64,000 nucleotides of DNA. Source: Eledone cirrhosa. Lineage: Eukaryota. Below the pieces are notes generated by a model, which saw nothing but the letters and a program-made list of their open reading frames with translations, was not told the origin of the DNA and did not search any database. A program made the position numbers and the translations under genes. The first letter of the stretch is position 1; the number at the start of each line of letters is the position of its first letter. This document shows, piece by piece, positions 1 to 11,640 of the stretch. Where the stretch lies: the NCBI GenBank assembly GCA_964016885.1, contig OZ024746.1, positions 63,736,001-63,800,000 of the forward strand, written 5' to 3'.

Positions 1-1217
1 AATTGACCCCTCCACCTTACTGTTCCACCACCATGTTACTCTCCTCCTGCCTACAGGCCTGCTCCAGCCACAGACTTCGTCTGTGGCCAACAGCAGGTTT
101 GCTTTCAGAAATTCCCACTGTCCCTCTATATTGTCCGACTCTAAATGTTCTTCCTTACTGTCGAAAGCATCAAGTAATATGTTTTGAAATTTATTTTTGG
201 CTGTGGGGTCCTTTAGCTTCCATATTTTTCTCCTGAGGATAGTCCTCTTCTGCTGTCGAGTACGTCTCGTCCTGACTATGAGGTCGCTAATTATCAGTCT
301 ATGTTGGGAGGTGCATTCTTCATGGGGGAGGGATTTAGTGTTTACAACAGACACTCTGTCACGTCTTCTGGTAAGGATATAATCTACCTGGCTTGTGTGT
401 TCCCCGGATCTATAGGTGATCAGGTGATTGTCACGTTTTTTGAAGTTAGTGTTACAGATAGTTAGGTTATTTGCATCACAGAATTCCAGGATTCTGGAGC
501 CTTCCTCATTTCTAGTACCAAACCCATAGCCTCCATGGATTTCGTCGTAGCCGTCACAATGTTGCCCAACGTGACCATTTAGGTCGCCTGCAATAATTAT
601 ATAGTCACTGTCAGATATTTGGGAGGTAGTGAGCATCAGTGTCTCATAGAATCTGTCTTTTATAGTGCCGGGCAGTCCGGATTGGGGTGCGTACGCAGAT
701 ATTACTGTCACCGTAGTTCTATTGAGGACAAGTCGTATTTTAATTATTCTGTCGTTCACTCTATTTACGTCTATTATCTTATCCGCCCACTTTTCTGCTA
801 CCATGATTCCTACTCCACCCAGCCCATCGTCGTTTCCCACCCAGAAAAGCTTATAACATCGTTTTTTTTACCCTCAATGAATCTAGCAGACCCACCCCTC
901 CACCTGGTCTCTTGAATACAACAAACATCGACCTCCTTACGTTCAAGCATTTCTACAACCTCGTTAGCGCGCCCCTTTAGGGTGCCTACATTTATGGTAC
1001 CAACTCTGAAGTTTTGGATCGCGTTTGGAGGGTGGGGGTGGTGTGGGGCGGGGGGAGATGGGGTTATGTTAGCCATCCGCGGGCGAAACAAAGAAGAGTG
1101 CTCGCATTCTCGTCCACGAGGTGAATTTGACTTTAGCATTGGCATTTTCGCTCTGAGCGTCCAGATTTTTCTCTCCCTTCCACTCTCCAGGATTCCGCAG
1201 TCCGTCCATCCATCCAT
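1..1217 (-). mobile_element. RTE-clade LINE 5' part: APE endonuclease, frameshifted; runs off the window start
   Basis: ORF 810-1217 has FRVGTINVGTLKGR..VDVCCIQETRW (APE motifs). Further APE-like coding continues to base 1 in another frame (YAPQ, GDLNGHVG). Confidence 0.85.
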
Positions 1218-1366
1218 CCATCATATATCGAAGGCAACCGTGCAAGCGATAGTATAGGCCTCTGGCTTATGATTGGTCCGCGTAACAATAATAATGGTGA
1301 TGCGTGTGGGGGGGGGGGTCTCTGGCTTATAGTAATAATGGTGATGCGTGTGGGGGGGGTCTCTGG

Positions 1367-1406
<40 letters not shown>

Positions 1407-1548
1407 CATATATATATATATAATATACACATATATATATATAATATACATATATATATATATATATAATATACATATATATATATAATATACATATATA
1501 TATATATATAATATACATATATATATATATAATATACATATATATATA

Positions 1549-1587
<39 letters not shown>

Positions 1588-1792
1588 AATATAAGTATGT
1601 ACACGTACATAAATATATGTATACAGACGTACAGTAGTATGTATATATATATACATGCACACATATATATATGTACGTATGGATTCACCGAACATTTATT
1701 ATAATGCTCTGTGTGTTTGTATACAAACATCCAGTATTAAGCCGTAGTGTCTAGCAACCATTGTTGCTCGTTTGTTCAACACTGACAAAGGA

Positions 1793-1835
1793 ACGCTGTA
1801 CTAGTTTCAAGCTTATTAGCTATCGTCAGCAACGT
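1793..1835 (-). ncRNA. Type I minimal hammerhead ribozyme
   Basis: Reverse complement: acgttg CTGACGA t-agct-aata-agct-t GAAA ctag TA cagcgt. Stem I is 6 bp and stem III (ctag) is palindromic. Confidence 0.8.
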
Positions 1836-2395
1836 ATACCTTCCTGCCAGATTGTTGAATGTATATACTTACCTTATGCATATTAACGGCTGAGTAGCCA
1901 ATTTGCATATCGAGTGGGTTAATCGGCCGGGTGCACCGAAAACGATAAACGGAAAAAATGAAACAAAATTTCATTTCCCACTCTTAGTACGGCTGTTACT
2001 TAAATATAAGTATGTACACGTACATACATGTATACAGACGTACAGTAGTATGTATATATATATACATACATGCACACATATATATATGTACGTATGGATT
2101 CACCGAACATTTATTATAATGCTCGGTGTGTTTGTAAACAAACATCCCATATTAAGCCGTAGTGTCTAGCAACCATCGTTGCTCGTTTGTTCAAGCTTGA
2201 AACTAGTACAGCGTTCCTTTGTCAGTGTTGAACAAACGAGCAACGATGGTTGCTAGACACTACGGCTTAATACGGGATGTTTGTTTACAAACACACCGAG
2301 CATTATAATAAATGTTTGGTGAATCCATACGTATATATATATGTGTGCATGTATGTATATATATATACATACTACTGTACGTCTGTATACATATA

Positions 2396-2608
2396 TCATC
2401 ATCATCATCATCATCGTTTAACGTCCGTGTTCCACGCTTGCATGGGTTTGGACGGGGGTTTTCCCACTTGAGGCAAGAGTGATTGTCTTGCTCGCATAGG
2501 ACTGTCTGGCAGGTTTTCTACAGTTGGATGCCCTTCCTAACACCAACCACATTTACAGTGTAGGGCTGGGAGGTTTTTACCGTGTTGCCTACACGGCCAC
2601 ATTACAAT
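2396..2608 (-). mobile_element. RTE 3' UTR fragment with (GAT)n tail inserted in (TA)n
   Basis: Near-identical to the 3' end of the RTE copy at 20190-20400. Confidence 0.85.
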
Positions 2609-2997
2609 GTACGTATATATATATACATATATATACATATATATATATAAATATATATATATATATTGTGAACATCTATGTATGTACATGAACATACTTA
2701 AATTTAAGTAACAGCCGTACTAAGAGTGGGAAATGAAATTTCGTTTCAATTTTTCCGTTTATATATACACAGTTCAAGAGTAAACCAATCTTAAATAGAG
2801 AGATGGAGATAGGAGAGGAGAAGAGAGATTGGTGAAGGTTTTAGAAGCCAAAAGCGTAAAGGCATGTGCAATATGCAGTGGGAAGCAGCTAGAGAACTGG
2901 GTTCATGCAGAGATTAGGCGCACAGAGCTGGAAATATTCATTAGTTAAGCAAAACAAGACCACAAAATTCACATAGAAGACATTAGTTAAAGATTGT

Positions 2998-5439
2998 CAA
3001 CATAGTTGCAGTTTAATGTAAGGAATAGTGTACATTAATTGTAGTTTAATGTAAGGAATAGTGTACATTAATTGTAGTTTAATGTAAGGAATAGTGTACA
3101 TTAATTGTAGTTTAATGTAAGGAATAGTGTACATTAATTGCAGTTTAATGTAAGGAATAGTGTACATTAATTGTAGTTTAATGTAAGGAATAGTGTACAT
3201 TAATTGTAGTTTAATGTAAGGAATAGTGTACATTAATTGTAGTTTAATGTAAGGAATAAATAGTGTACATTAATTGTAGTTTAATGTAAGGAATAAATAG
3301 TGTACATTAATTGTAGTTTAATGTAAGGAATAGTGTATATTAATTGTAGTTTAATGTAAGGAATAGTGTACATTAATTGTAGTTTAATGTAAGGAATAGT
3401 GTACATTAATTGTAGTTTAATGTAAGGAATAAATAGTGTACATTAATTGTAGTTTAATGTAAGGAATAAATAGTGTACATTAATTGTAGTTTAATGTAAG
3501 GAATAGTGTACATTAATTGTAGTTTAATGTAAGGAATAGTGTACATTAATTGTAGTTTAATGTAAGGAATAAATAGTGTACATTAATTGTAGTTTAATGT
3601 AAGGAATAGTGTACATTAATTGTAGTTTAATGTAAGGAATAGTGTACATTAATTGTAGTTTAATGTAAGGAATAGTGTACATTAATTGTAGTTTAATGTA
3701 AGGAATAAATAGTGTACATTAATTGTAGTTTAATGTAAGGAATAAATAGTGTACATTAATTGTAGTTTAATGTAAGGAATAGTGTACATTAATTGTAGTT
3801 TAATGTAAGGAATAGTGTACATTAATTGTAGTTTAAGGTAAGGAATAGTGTACATTAATTGTAGTTTAATGTAAGGAATAGTGTACATTAATTGTAGTTT
3901 AATGTAAGGAATAGTGTACATTAATTGTAGTTTAATGTAAGGAATAAATAGTGTACATTAATTGTAGTTTAATGTAAGGAATAGTGTATATTAATTGTAG
4001 TTTAATGTAAGGAATAGTGTACATTAATTGTAGTTTAATGTAAGGAATAGTGTACATTAATTGTAGTTTAATGTAAGGAATAAATAGTGTACATTAATTG
4101 TAGTTTAATGTAAGGAATAAATAGTGTACATTAATTGTAGTTTAATGTAAGGAATAGTGTACATTAATTGTAGTTTAATGTAAGGAATAGTGTACATTAA
4201 TTGTAGTTTAATGTAAGGAATAGTGTACATTAATTGTAGTTTAATGTAAGGAATAGTGTACATTAATTGTAGTTTAATGTAAGGAATAAATAGTGTACAT
4301 TAATTGTAGTTTAATGTAAGGAATAGTGTACATTAATTGTAGTTTAATGTAAGGAATAGTGTACATTAATTGTAGTTTAATGTAAGGAATAGTGTACATT
4401 AATTGTAGTTTAATGTAAGGAATAAATAGTGTACATTAATTGTAGTTTAATGTAAGGAATAAATAGTGTACATTAATTGTAGTTTAATGTAAGGAATAAA
4501 TAGTGTACATTAATTGTAGTTTAATGTAAGGAATAGTGTACATTAATTGTAGTTTAATGTAAGGAATAGTGTACATTAATTGTAGTTTAATGTAAGGAAT
4601 AGTGTACATTAATTGTAGTTTAATGTAAGGAATAGTGTATATTAATTGTAGTTTAATGTAAGGAATAGTGTACATTAATTGTAGTTTAATGTAAGGAATA
4701 GTGTACATTAATTGTAGTTTAATGTAAGGAATAGTGTACATTAATTGTAGTTTAATGTAAGGAATAGTGTACATTAATTGTAGTTTAATGTAAGGAATAG
4801 TGTACATTAATTGTAGTTTAATGTAAGGAATAGTGTACATTAATTGTAGTTTAATGTAAGGAATAGTGTACATTAATTGTAGTTTAATGTAAGGAATAGT
4901 GTACATTAATTGTAGTTTAATGTAAGGAATAGTGTACATTAATTGTAGTTTAATGTAAGGAATAGTGTACATTAATTGTAGTTTAATGTAAGGAATAAAT
5001 AGTGTACATTAATTGTAGTTTAATGTAAGGAATAGTGTACATTAATTGTAGTTTAATGTAAGGAATAGTGTACATTAATTGTAGTTTAATGTAAGGAATA
5101 GTGTACATTAATTGTAGTTTAATGTAAGGAATAGTGTACATTAATTGTAGTTTAATGTAAGGAATAAATAGTGTACATTAATTGTAGTTTAATGTAAGGA
5201 ATAGTGTACATTAATTGTAGTTTAATGTAAGGAATAGTGTACATTAATTGTAGTTTAATGTAAGGAATAAATAGTGTACATTAATTGTAGTTTAATGTAA
5301 GGAATAAATAGTGTACATTAATTGTAATTTAATGTAAGGAATAGTGTACATTAATTGTAGTTTAATGTAAGGAATAGTGTACATTAATTGTAGTTTAATG
5401 TAAGGAATAGTGTACATTAATTGTAGTTTAATGTAAGGA
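2998..5439. repeat. 33-bp minisatellite (gtagtttaatgtaaggaatagtgtacattaatt), with a 37-bp variant carrying a 4-bp insertion
   Basis: About 70 near-identical tandem units, directly visible. Confidence 0.98.
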
Positions 5440-5440
5440 T

Positions 5441-5630
5441 TAATAATTGTTTCTACTTTTAGCACAAGGCCAGCAATTACCCAGTACATTACTGGTACTT
5501 TATTTTATCGACCCCGTAAAGATGAAAGGCAAAGTTAACCTTCGAGGGATTTGAACTCAGTCCGTAAAGGGACGTAACTCTATGCTAGAAAGCATGGCGT
5601 CCGACCCTCTACTGATACTGCCAATCCACT
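5441..5630 (-). mobile_element. tRNA-derived SINE with Meta-like central domain (family S1)
   Basis: Reverse complement shows A-box/B-box (gagttcaaatcc) then ctttgcctttcatc..ggggtcgataaaataaagtaccag; many copies in the window. Confidence 0.85.
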
Positions 5631-5640
5631 ATAATAATGT

Positions 5641-5767
5641 CCGTTTACAATTGTTTCACTACTCCATATAATGTTTCTGGATCAATTGATTATTAGATCG
5701 TTATTGATCTGGTTCAGAGGAAGATAAGTAACTTAAGTAATATTATGGAGCAGCTCTTCAGAATGTC
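5641..5767 (-). ncRNA. Hammerhead-like motif with long stem II and weak stem I
   Basis: Reverse complement: CTGAAGA gctgctccata...tatggagtagt GAAA caattg TA. Stem II is 11 bp and stem III is palindromic; stem I is poorly paired. Confidence 0.6.
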
Positions 5768-5992
5768 AGATGAGATAATGAAAATATTGATATAGATAAA
5801 ATGGAATAGGAAATATAAAATAAAATAAAGTAAGATGGTTACGTGTCTGTAAGATTACATACACACACATATCTATCTATCTCTCTCTCTATATATATAT
5901 ATATATAATATACATACATATATATATATATATAATATACATATATATATATACATATATATATAATATACATATATATATAATTATATAAT

Positions 5993-6026
<34 letters not shown>

Positions 6027-6027
<1 letters not shown>

Positions 6028-6318
6028 GAAAAAGAGATGAAATCGAAAATGCAACTGGAGTTTTATTTAAAAAAAAAATATATATATTTATTTGGTTCCT
6101 TTACTGGTTTCGCAGTTCTTCTGCTTTTCAAAAAAAGTAGAGTTGAGATGGAGGGTCTGTGGTTTTTCTCACATGTGAGAAAAACCACAGACCCTCCATA
6201 TATTTAAGAAAAAAATAAGACTCCAGTTGCATTTTCGATTTCATCTCATTTTCTTTATACTTTCACTCGTGTAGGACACCTCGGTTATTTTTCAATTTGT
6301 AAAAAAAAAAAACTTCAC

Positions 6319-6320
<2 letters not shown>
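6027..6320. mobile_element. Fold-back element in (TA)n with a decayed hammerhead (6097-6135, minus strand)
   Basis: Perfect palindrome atggagggtctgtggtttttctcaca/tgtgagaaaaaccacagaccctccat, plus outer inverted arms 6033-6061 and 6219-6248. Reverse complement: TTGAAAA gcag aagaa ctgc GAAA ccag TA. Confidence 0.65.
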
Positions 6321-6376
<56 letters not shown>

Positions 6377-6394
6377 TATATATATATATATATG

Positions 6395-7200
6395 TATACA
6401 ATATGTTGAAAAGGTTACCTTTTCAACATATTGTATATTAAAGAGCTCAGGATTCCTTCTCCTTTGAGCACATTATTTACAGGGAATAGCGAGAGTCTAT
6501 GCTCCATTAATGTGGATTGGCAGTATCGGTGGAGGGTCGGACGCCATGCTTTCCAGCATAGTTACGTCCCTTTACGATCTGAGTTCAAATCCTGCCGAGG
6601 TTGACTTTGCCTTTCATCCTTACGGGGTCGATAAAATAAAGTACCAGTAATGTACTGGGTAATTGCTGGCCTTGTGCCAAAAGTAGAAACAATTAATTTA
6701 TCGTGATATTTCGCTCCTTATAACAGTCTTTCCTCTCTCTTTGTTTGGTTGAGCACACTTCTTTGAGTGGTTTTTGGGCTCCTCTTTCTAGCAGCTCGTC
6801 CTTCAGATACCACTGGTTCATGCCCTAAACACGTTGTCACATCTCTCTGCCGCGTGTAGCTGGACGGTCGCTTTAGATTCTCTTAGAGTTGTCTGGAATG
6901 TATAGTCTTGCACGCGCTAATGAACCACAGCCTATTCCATTTCAGTCAACAACTTCCTGGCGAAACAGATCTCTTTAGATTTGTACGCGTGTGTTATATA
7001 GTTATAGAGGTGCGTATATACATTTTAATTTATATTTTTAATTATTGTGTGTCTACCCTGCCTCCCTTAGATTATAGATTCCATGCACGGGTGGTTTTCA
7101 CACTTTCTCTCTCTAGTGTGTTACCTTTTCAACATATTTTAAAGAGCTCAGGATTCCTTTTCCTTTGACGACATTATTGACAGGCTCCGTTAATTTATCA

Positions 7201-7204
<4 letters not shown>
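6395..7204 (+). mobile_element. Tandem/fold-back non-coding element in (TA)n, interrupted by an S1 SINE
   Basis: Terminal hairpin at 6395-6438. 6416-6483 recurs at 7120-7184 and ttaatttatc(g/a)tgata occurs at 6692 and 7190. Confidence 0.55.
6512..6694 (+). mobile_element. SINE family S1
   Basis: Same head and core as 5441-5630. Confidence 0.85.
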
Positions 7205-7295
<91 letters not shown>

Positions 7296-7397
7296 ATATA
7301 CATACATATATATATATATATAATATGCATATATATATATATGTGTGTATATTATATATATATATAATATACATACATATATATATATATATATAAT

Positions 7398-7428
<31 letters not shown>

Positions 7429-7619
7429 ATATACATATATATATATATAATATACATGCATATATATATATAATATACATACATATATATATACATCATC
7501 ATCATCATCATCATCGTTTAACATATATATATATATAATATGCATATATATATATATATGTGTGTGTGCGTGTGTGCGTGTGTGTATATTATATATATAT
7601 ATATACATATATATATGTA

Positions 7620-7658
<39 letters not shown>

Positions 7659-7695
7659 GTGTGTGTATGTGTGTGTATATATGTATATATATATG

Positions 7696-7822
<127 letters not shown>

Positions 7823-7853
7823 ATATATGTATATATATATGTATATATATATG

Positions 7854-7929
<76 letters not shown>

Positions 7930-7934
7930 TATAC

Positions 7935-7981
<47 letters not shown>

Positions 7982-8002
7982 CATATATATATATACATAT
8001 AC

Positions 8003-8036
<34 letters not shown>

Positions 8037-8038
8037 TT

Positions 8039-8137
8039 ATTGTAAATAAATTTCCAGTATCAACTTTTTGTAGGCACCTTCCAGTTTTGGGATTGTAGGT
8101 AGGCAGGATAATGCAACTTTATTATATGTGCTTTATT

Positions 8138-8141
<4 letters not shown>
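8039..8141. repeat. About 100-bp arm, inverted partner of 10384-10486 (family D)
   Basis: Near-perfect reverse complement 2.3 kb away; both copies are embedded in (TA)n. Confidence 0.9.
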
Positions 8142-8225
<84 letters not shown>

Positions 8226-8226
8226 A

Positions 8227-8315
<89 letters not shown>

Positions 8316-8636
8316 TTTTGTTATGTATTACTGTTAGGGGAATGTCTTTTTTGCAGTTTAGTTATCAACTGAATATCCAGTTCAACTATTAAATTAGGAA
8401 TAAACGAAAGAAAATAAAATGTTGTGGAAATATTTTTTCTCAGCTTATAAATTTATCCTATATGGCATGTGATATGAATTTACAAAATATGAAGGGTGTG
8501 AAAAAAGTAAAAGTTAAAAAGAAAAAGAATAATTGGTGTAAAATATTTATAGGATATATATATATACATATTTATATATATGTGTGTGTGTGTGTGTGCA
8601 TATATACACACATATACATATATGTATATATATACA

Positions 8637-8707
<71 letters not shown>

Positions 8708-8841
8708 ACATATATATATATATAGACACACATATATATATATATATATACACATGTATACATATATATATATATACATATGTATGCATATATATACATA
8801 TGTATATATATATATACATATGTATGCATATATATATATAT

Positions 8842-9036
8842 AGGAAAAAGTATGACCCCGACGGCAGAGCTCAAGCCGTTTCGACGGCTATTTCTGAGTC
8901 CAGAAATAGCTGTCGAAACAGCTTGAGCTCTGCCATTGGGGGTCATACTTTTTCCAATTTCCCACTCTACTAGCCTAAGTATTGAGTACTCTGGTGCGTT
9001 TTGGTCCATCTGGTTCCTTACCACAATTCCTTTGTT
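8842..9036 (+). mobile_element. Hairpin-head element family B
   Basis: Palindromic head of about 110 bp (ggaaaaagtatgaccccgacggcagagctcaagccg...) plus a tail of about 80 bp; (TA)n on both sides; five copies in the window. Confidence 0.85.
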
Positions 9037-9221
9037 ATATATATATATATACACATATGTATACATATATATATATATATACATATATATACATATACGT
9101 ATGTATACATATATATATATATATATGTATGCATATATATATATACATATAGATATGTATATATATATATATATAGATATGTATATAAATATATATATAT
9201 ATATATATATCTGTTATTTTA

Positions 9222-9286
<65 letters not shown>

Positions 9287-9331
9287 TATATATAAATATA
9301 TATATAAATATATATATATACATACATATAT

Positions 9332-10021
9332 GTAGGAGGTGAGTTTTATTGTAGTACAATAAAGCAATGCAGATATCGGATAAGAAGCACTCTACAGTTT
9401 GTAGGACTGGAGTATAAATAATATATAAGATCAAAAGATGGTTAAAAGAGTTCCATGTATTTTATTATGCGCATTTCAAATACAAATATCATCATGCAAT
9501 AACATTTGCGTTTTCGTCAGATAAAATAGGGAGACATGATATGAAGGTTAAAACACACTTGTGAATAGTGCAGTTTTAAATCAACATATGTATGATGATA
9601 TTTGTTTTTGAAATGTGCATAATAAAATACATGGAACTCTTTTAACCATCTTTTGATCTTATATATTATATATACATATATATATATATATATACATATA
9701 TATACATATATATATATATATATAATATATAAGATCAAAAGATGGTTAAAAGAGTTTCATGTATTTTATTATGCGCATTTCAAAAACAAATATCATCATG
9801 CGATAAAATAGGGAGACATGATATGAAGGTTAAAAAACACTTGTGAATAGTGCAGTTTTAAATCAGTTTTAAATCAGTTTGAAATGCGCATAATAAAATA
9901 CATGGAACTCTTTTAACCATCTTTTGATCTTATATATTATTTATACTCCAGTCCTACAAACTGTAGAGTGCTACTTATCCGATATCTGCATTGCTTTATT
10001 GTACTACAATAAAACTCACCT

Positions 10022-10025
<4 letters not shown>
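9332..10025. mobile_element. Family C hammerhead element: two fold-back units forming a larger inverted structure
   Basis: 9334-9480 is inverted at 9880-10025; internal inversions near 9590 and 9875; (TA)n flanks. Confidence 0.8.
9458..9528 (-). ncRNA. Type I minimal hammerhead ribozyme (family C)
   Basis: Reverse complement: tattttat CTGACGA aaacgcaaatgttatt..gatgatatttgtattt GAAA tgcgca TA ataaaaata. Confidence 0.8.
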
Positions 10026-10079
<54 letters not shown>

Positions 10080-10284
10080 GTATTCTTTAATAGGTGTTTT
10101 TTCTGTGTGCAGAAGGAATTAATTCTGTATATGAAAATATTTTTAGTTTTCTCTGAAACAATTTTGAGGTTATAACCCTCAAGAGAGAACATGTCATTCT
10201 GACAACTGGATAATCATGATTGGGACCTTGCGGTGTCCCATTCAGCTTCAATACAGTCAAAACCACACGTGTTCTCTCACAGTC

Positions 10285-10316
<32 letters not shown>

Positions 10317-10351
10317 GTACATATCTCTCTTTCTCTCTCTGTATATATATT

Positions 10352-10383
<32 letters not shown>

Positions 10384-10387
<4 letters not shown>

Positions 10388-10481
10388 AATAAAGCACATA
10401 TAATAAAGTTGCATTATCCTGCCTACCTACAGTCTCAAAACTGGAAGGTGCCTACAAAAAGTTGATACTGGAAATTTATTT

Positions 10482-10486
<5 letters not shown>
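10384..10486. repeat. Inverted partner of 8039-8141 (family D)
   Basis: Reverse-complement match. Confidence 0.9.
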
Positions 10487-10532
<46 letters not shown>

Positions 10533-10600
10533 ACTCAAACACGCTCCAGTATTCTAATCCTTATATATATATATATATATACACATATATATATACATAT

Positions 10601-10665
<65 letters not shown>

Positions 10666-10741
10666 CATATATCATCATCATCAAGCATAGAGAGATGGAT
10701 GGAAAAACGGTGAGGATATATATAGATATATAGATATATAC

Positions 10742-10782
<41 letters not shown>

Positions 10783-10801
10783 GTATATATATATATATAT
10801 A

Positions 10802-10859
<58 letters not shown>

Positions 10860-10986
10860 AAAGTTATATTTAAATTGTTGGGTTACAACGAGTAAATATT
10901 TATAACTGATATAAAAGCACTCAACAAGTATTTGGAGTATATTTACGATATTAAGTAAATGGAAATTATATTTATAAAACCATATT

Positions 10987-11052
10987 TATTTCATTATATA
11001 TATTTCAGGGATATCATATTAAAAATATGTTATGCCTTCTTCAGACAAAATA
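10987..11052 (-). ncRNA. Type I minimal hammerhead ribozyme (family F, left arm)
   Basis: Mirror of 11204-11269. Confidence 0.75.
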
Positions 11053-11203
11053 CAATATAAACAGTCTTATAAATAGATAGATTCGACATACCTTTCAACA
11101 TCGACTTGCATTTGAAAAGTTGATTTACCAAATCAACTTTTCAAATGCAAGTCGATGTTGAAAGGTATGTCGAATCTATCTATTTATAAGACTGTTTATA
11201 TTG

Positions 11204-11269
11204 TATTTTGTCTGAAGAAGGCATAACATATTTTTAATATGATATCCCTGAAATATATATAATGAAATA
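11204..11269 (+). ncRNA. Type I minimal hammerhead ribozyme (family F, right arm)
   Basis: tattttgt CTGAAGA agg..cct GAAA tatata TA atgaaata; stem I is 8 bp with GU pairs. Confidence 0.75.
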
Positions 11270-11468
11270 AATATGGTTTTATAAATATAATTTCCATTTA
11301 TTTAATATCGTATATATATATATATACACATATGTACATATCTCTTTTTCTCTGTGTGTATATATATGCAGAGGTTATATTTAATTTGTTGGTCCAGGAA
11401 GGTCTAACCGTTAAGGTTGTCTTTTTTCAGGGTATGTCAATATTTATTTATAAAACTAATCTGTATTG

Positions 11469-11534
11469 TATTTTATCTGATGAAAGCGCACCATAATTTG
11501 CCTTGGTTGCCCTTGAAATATGTATAATAAAATA
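11469..11534 (+). ncRNA. Type I minimal hammerhead ribozyme (F-related)
   Basis: tattttat CTGATGA aagcgcacc..ggttgccctt GAAA tatgta TA ataaaata; perfect 8-bp stem I. Confidence 0.8.
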
Positions 11535-11572
11535 AATATGGTTTTATAAATATAGTTTACATTTATTAATAT

Positions 11573-11624
<52 letters not shown>

Positions 11625-11640
11625 TATATATATAATATAT

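Larger units (their letters stand above)
1583..2760 (-). mobile_element. Non-coding tandem plus inverted element (family A, unit about 418 bp) with a hammerhead; retrozyme/Penelope pLTR-like
   Basis: 1587-1780 repeats directly at 2003-2194. An inverted copy follows at 2195-2395 and continues at 2690-2760 after an RTE 3' insertion. Flanked by (TA)n. Confidence 0.75.
10858..11312. mobile_element. Palindromic element family F (axis about 11128, arms about 183 bp) with two divergent hammerheads
   Basis: 10945-11126 is a near-perfect reverse complement of 11130-11312, with a 3-nt loop. Confidence 0.9.

Noticed and set aside
2998-5439. CRISPR-like 33-37 bp periodicity
   Set aside because: No unique spacers and a eukaryotic context; it is a plain tandem repeat.
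6912-6980. Possible hammerhead (CTAATGA..tggcGAAAcagatcTC)
   Set aside because: Core mutated and no convincing stem I; not counted.
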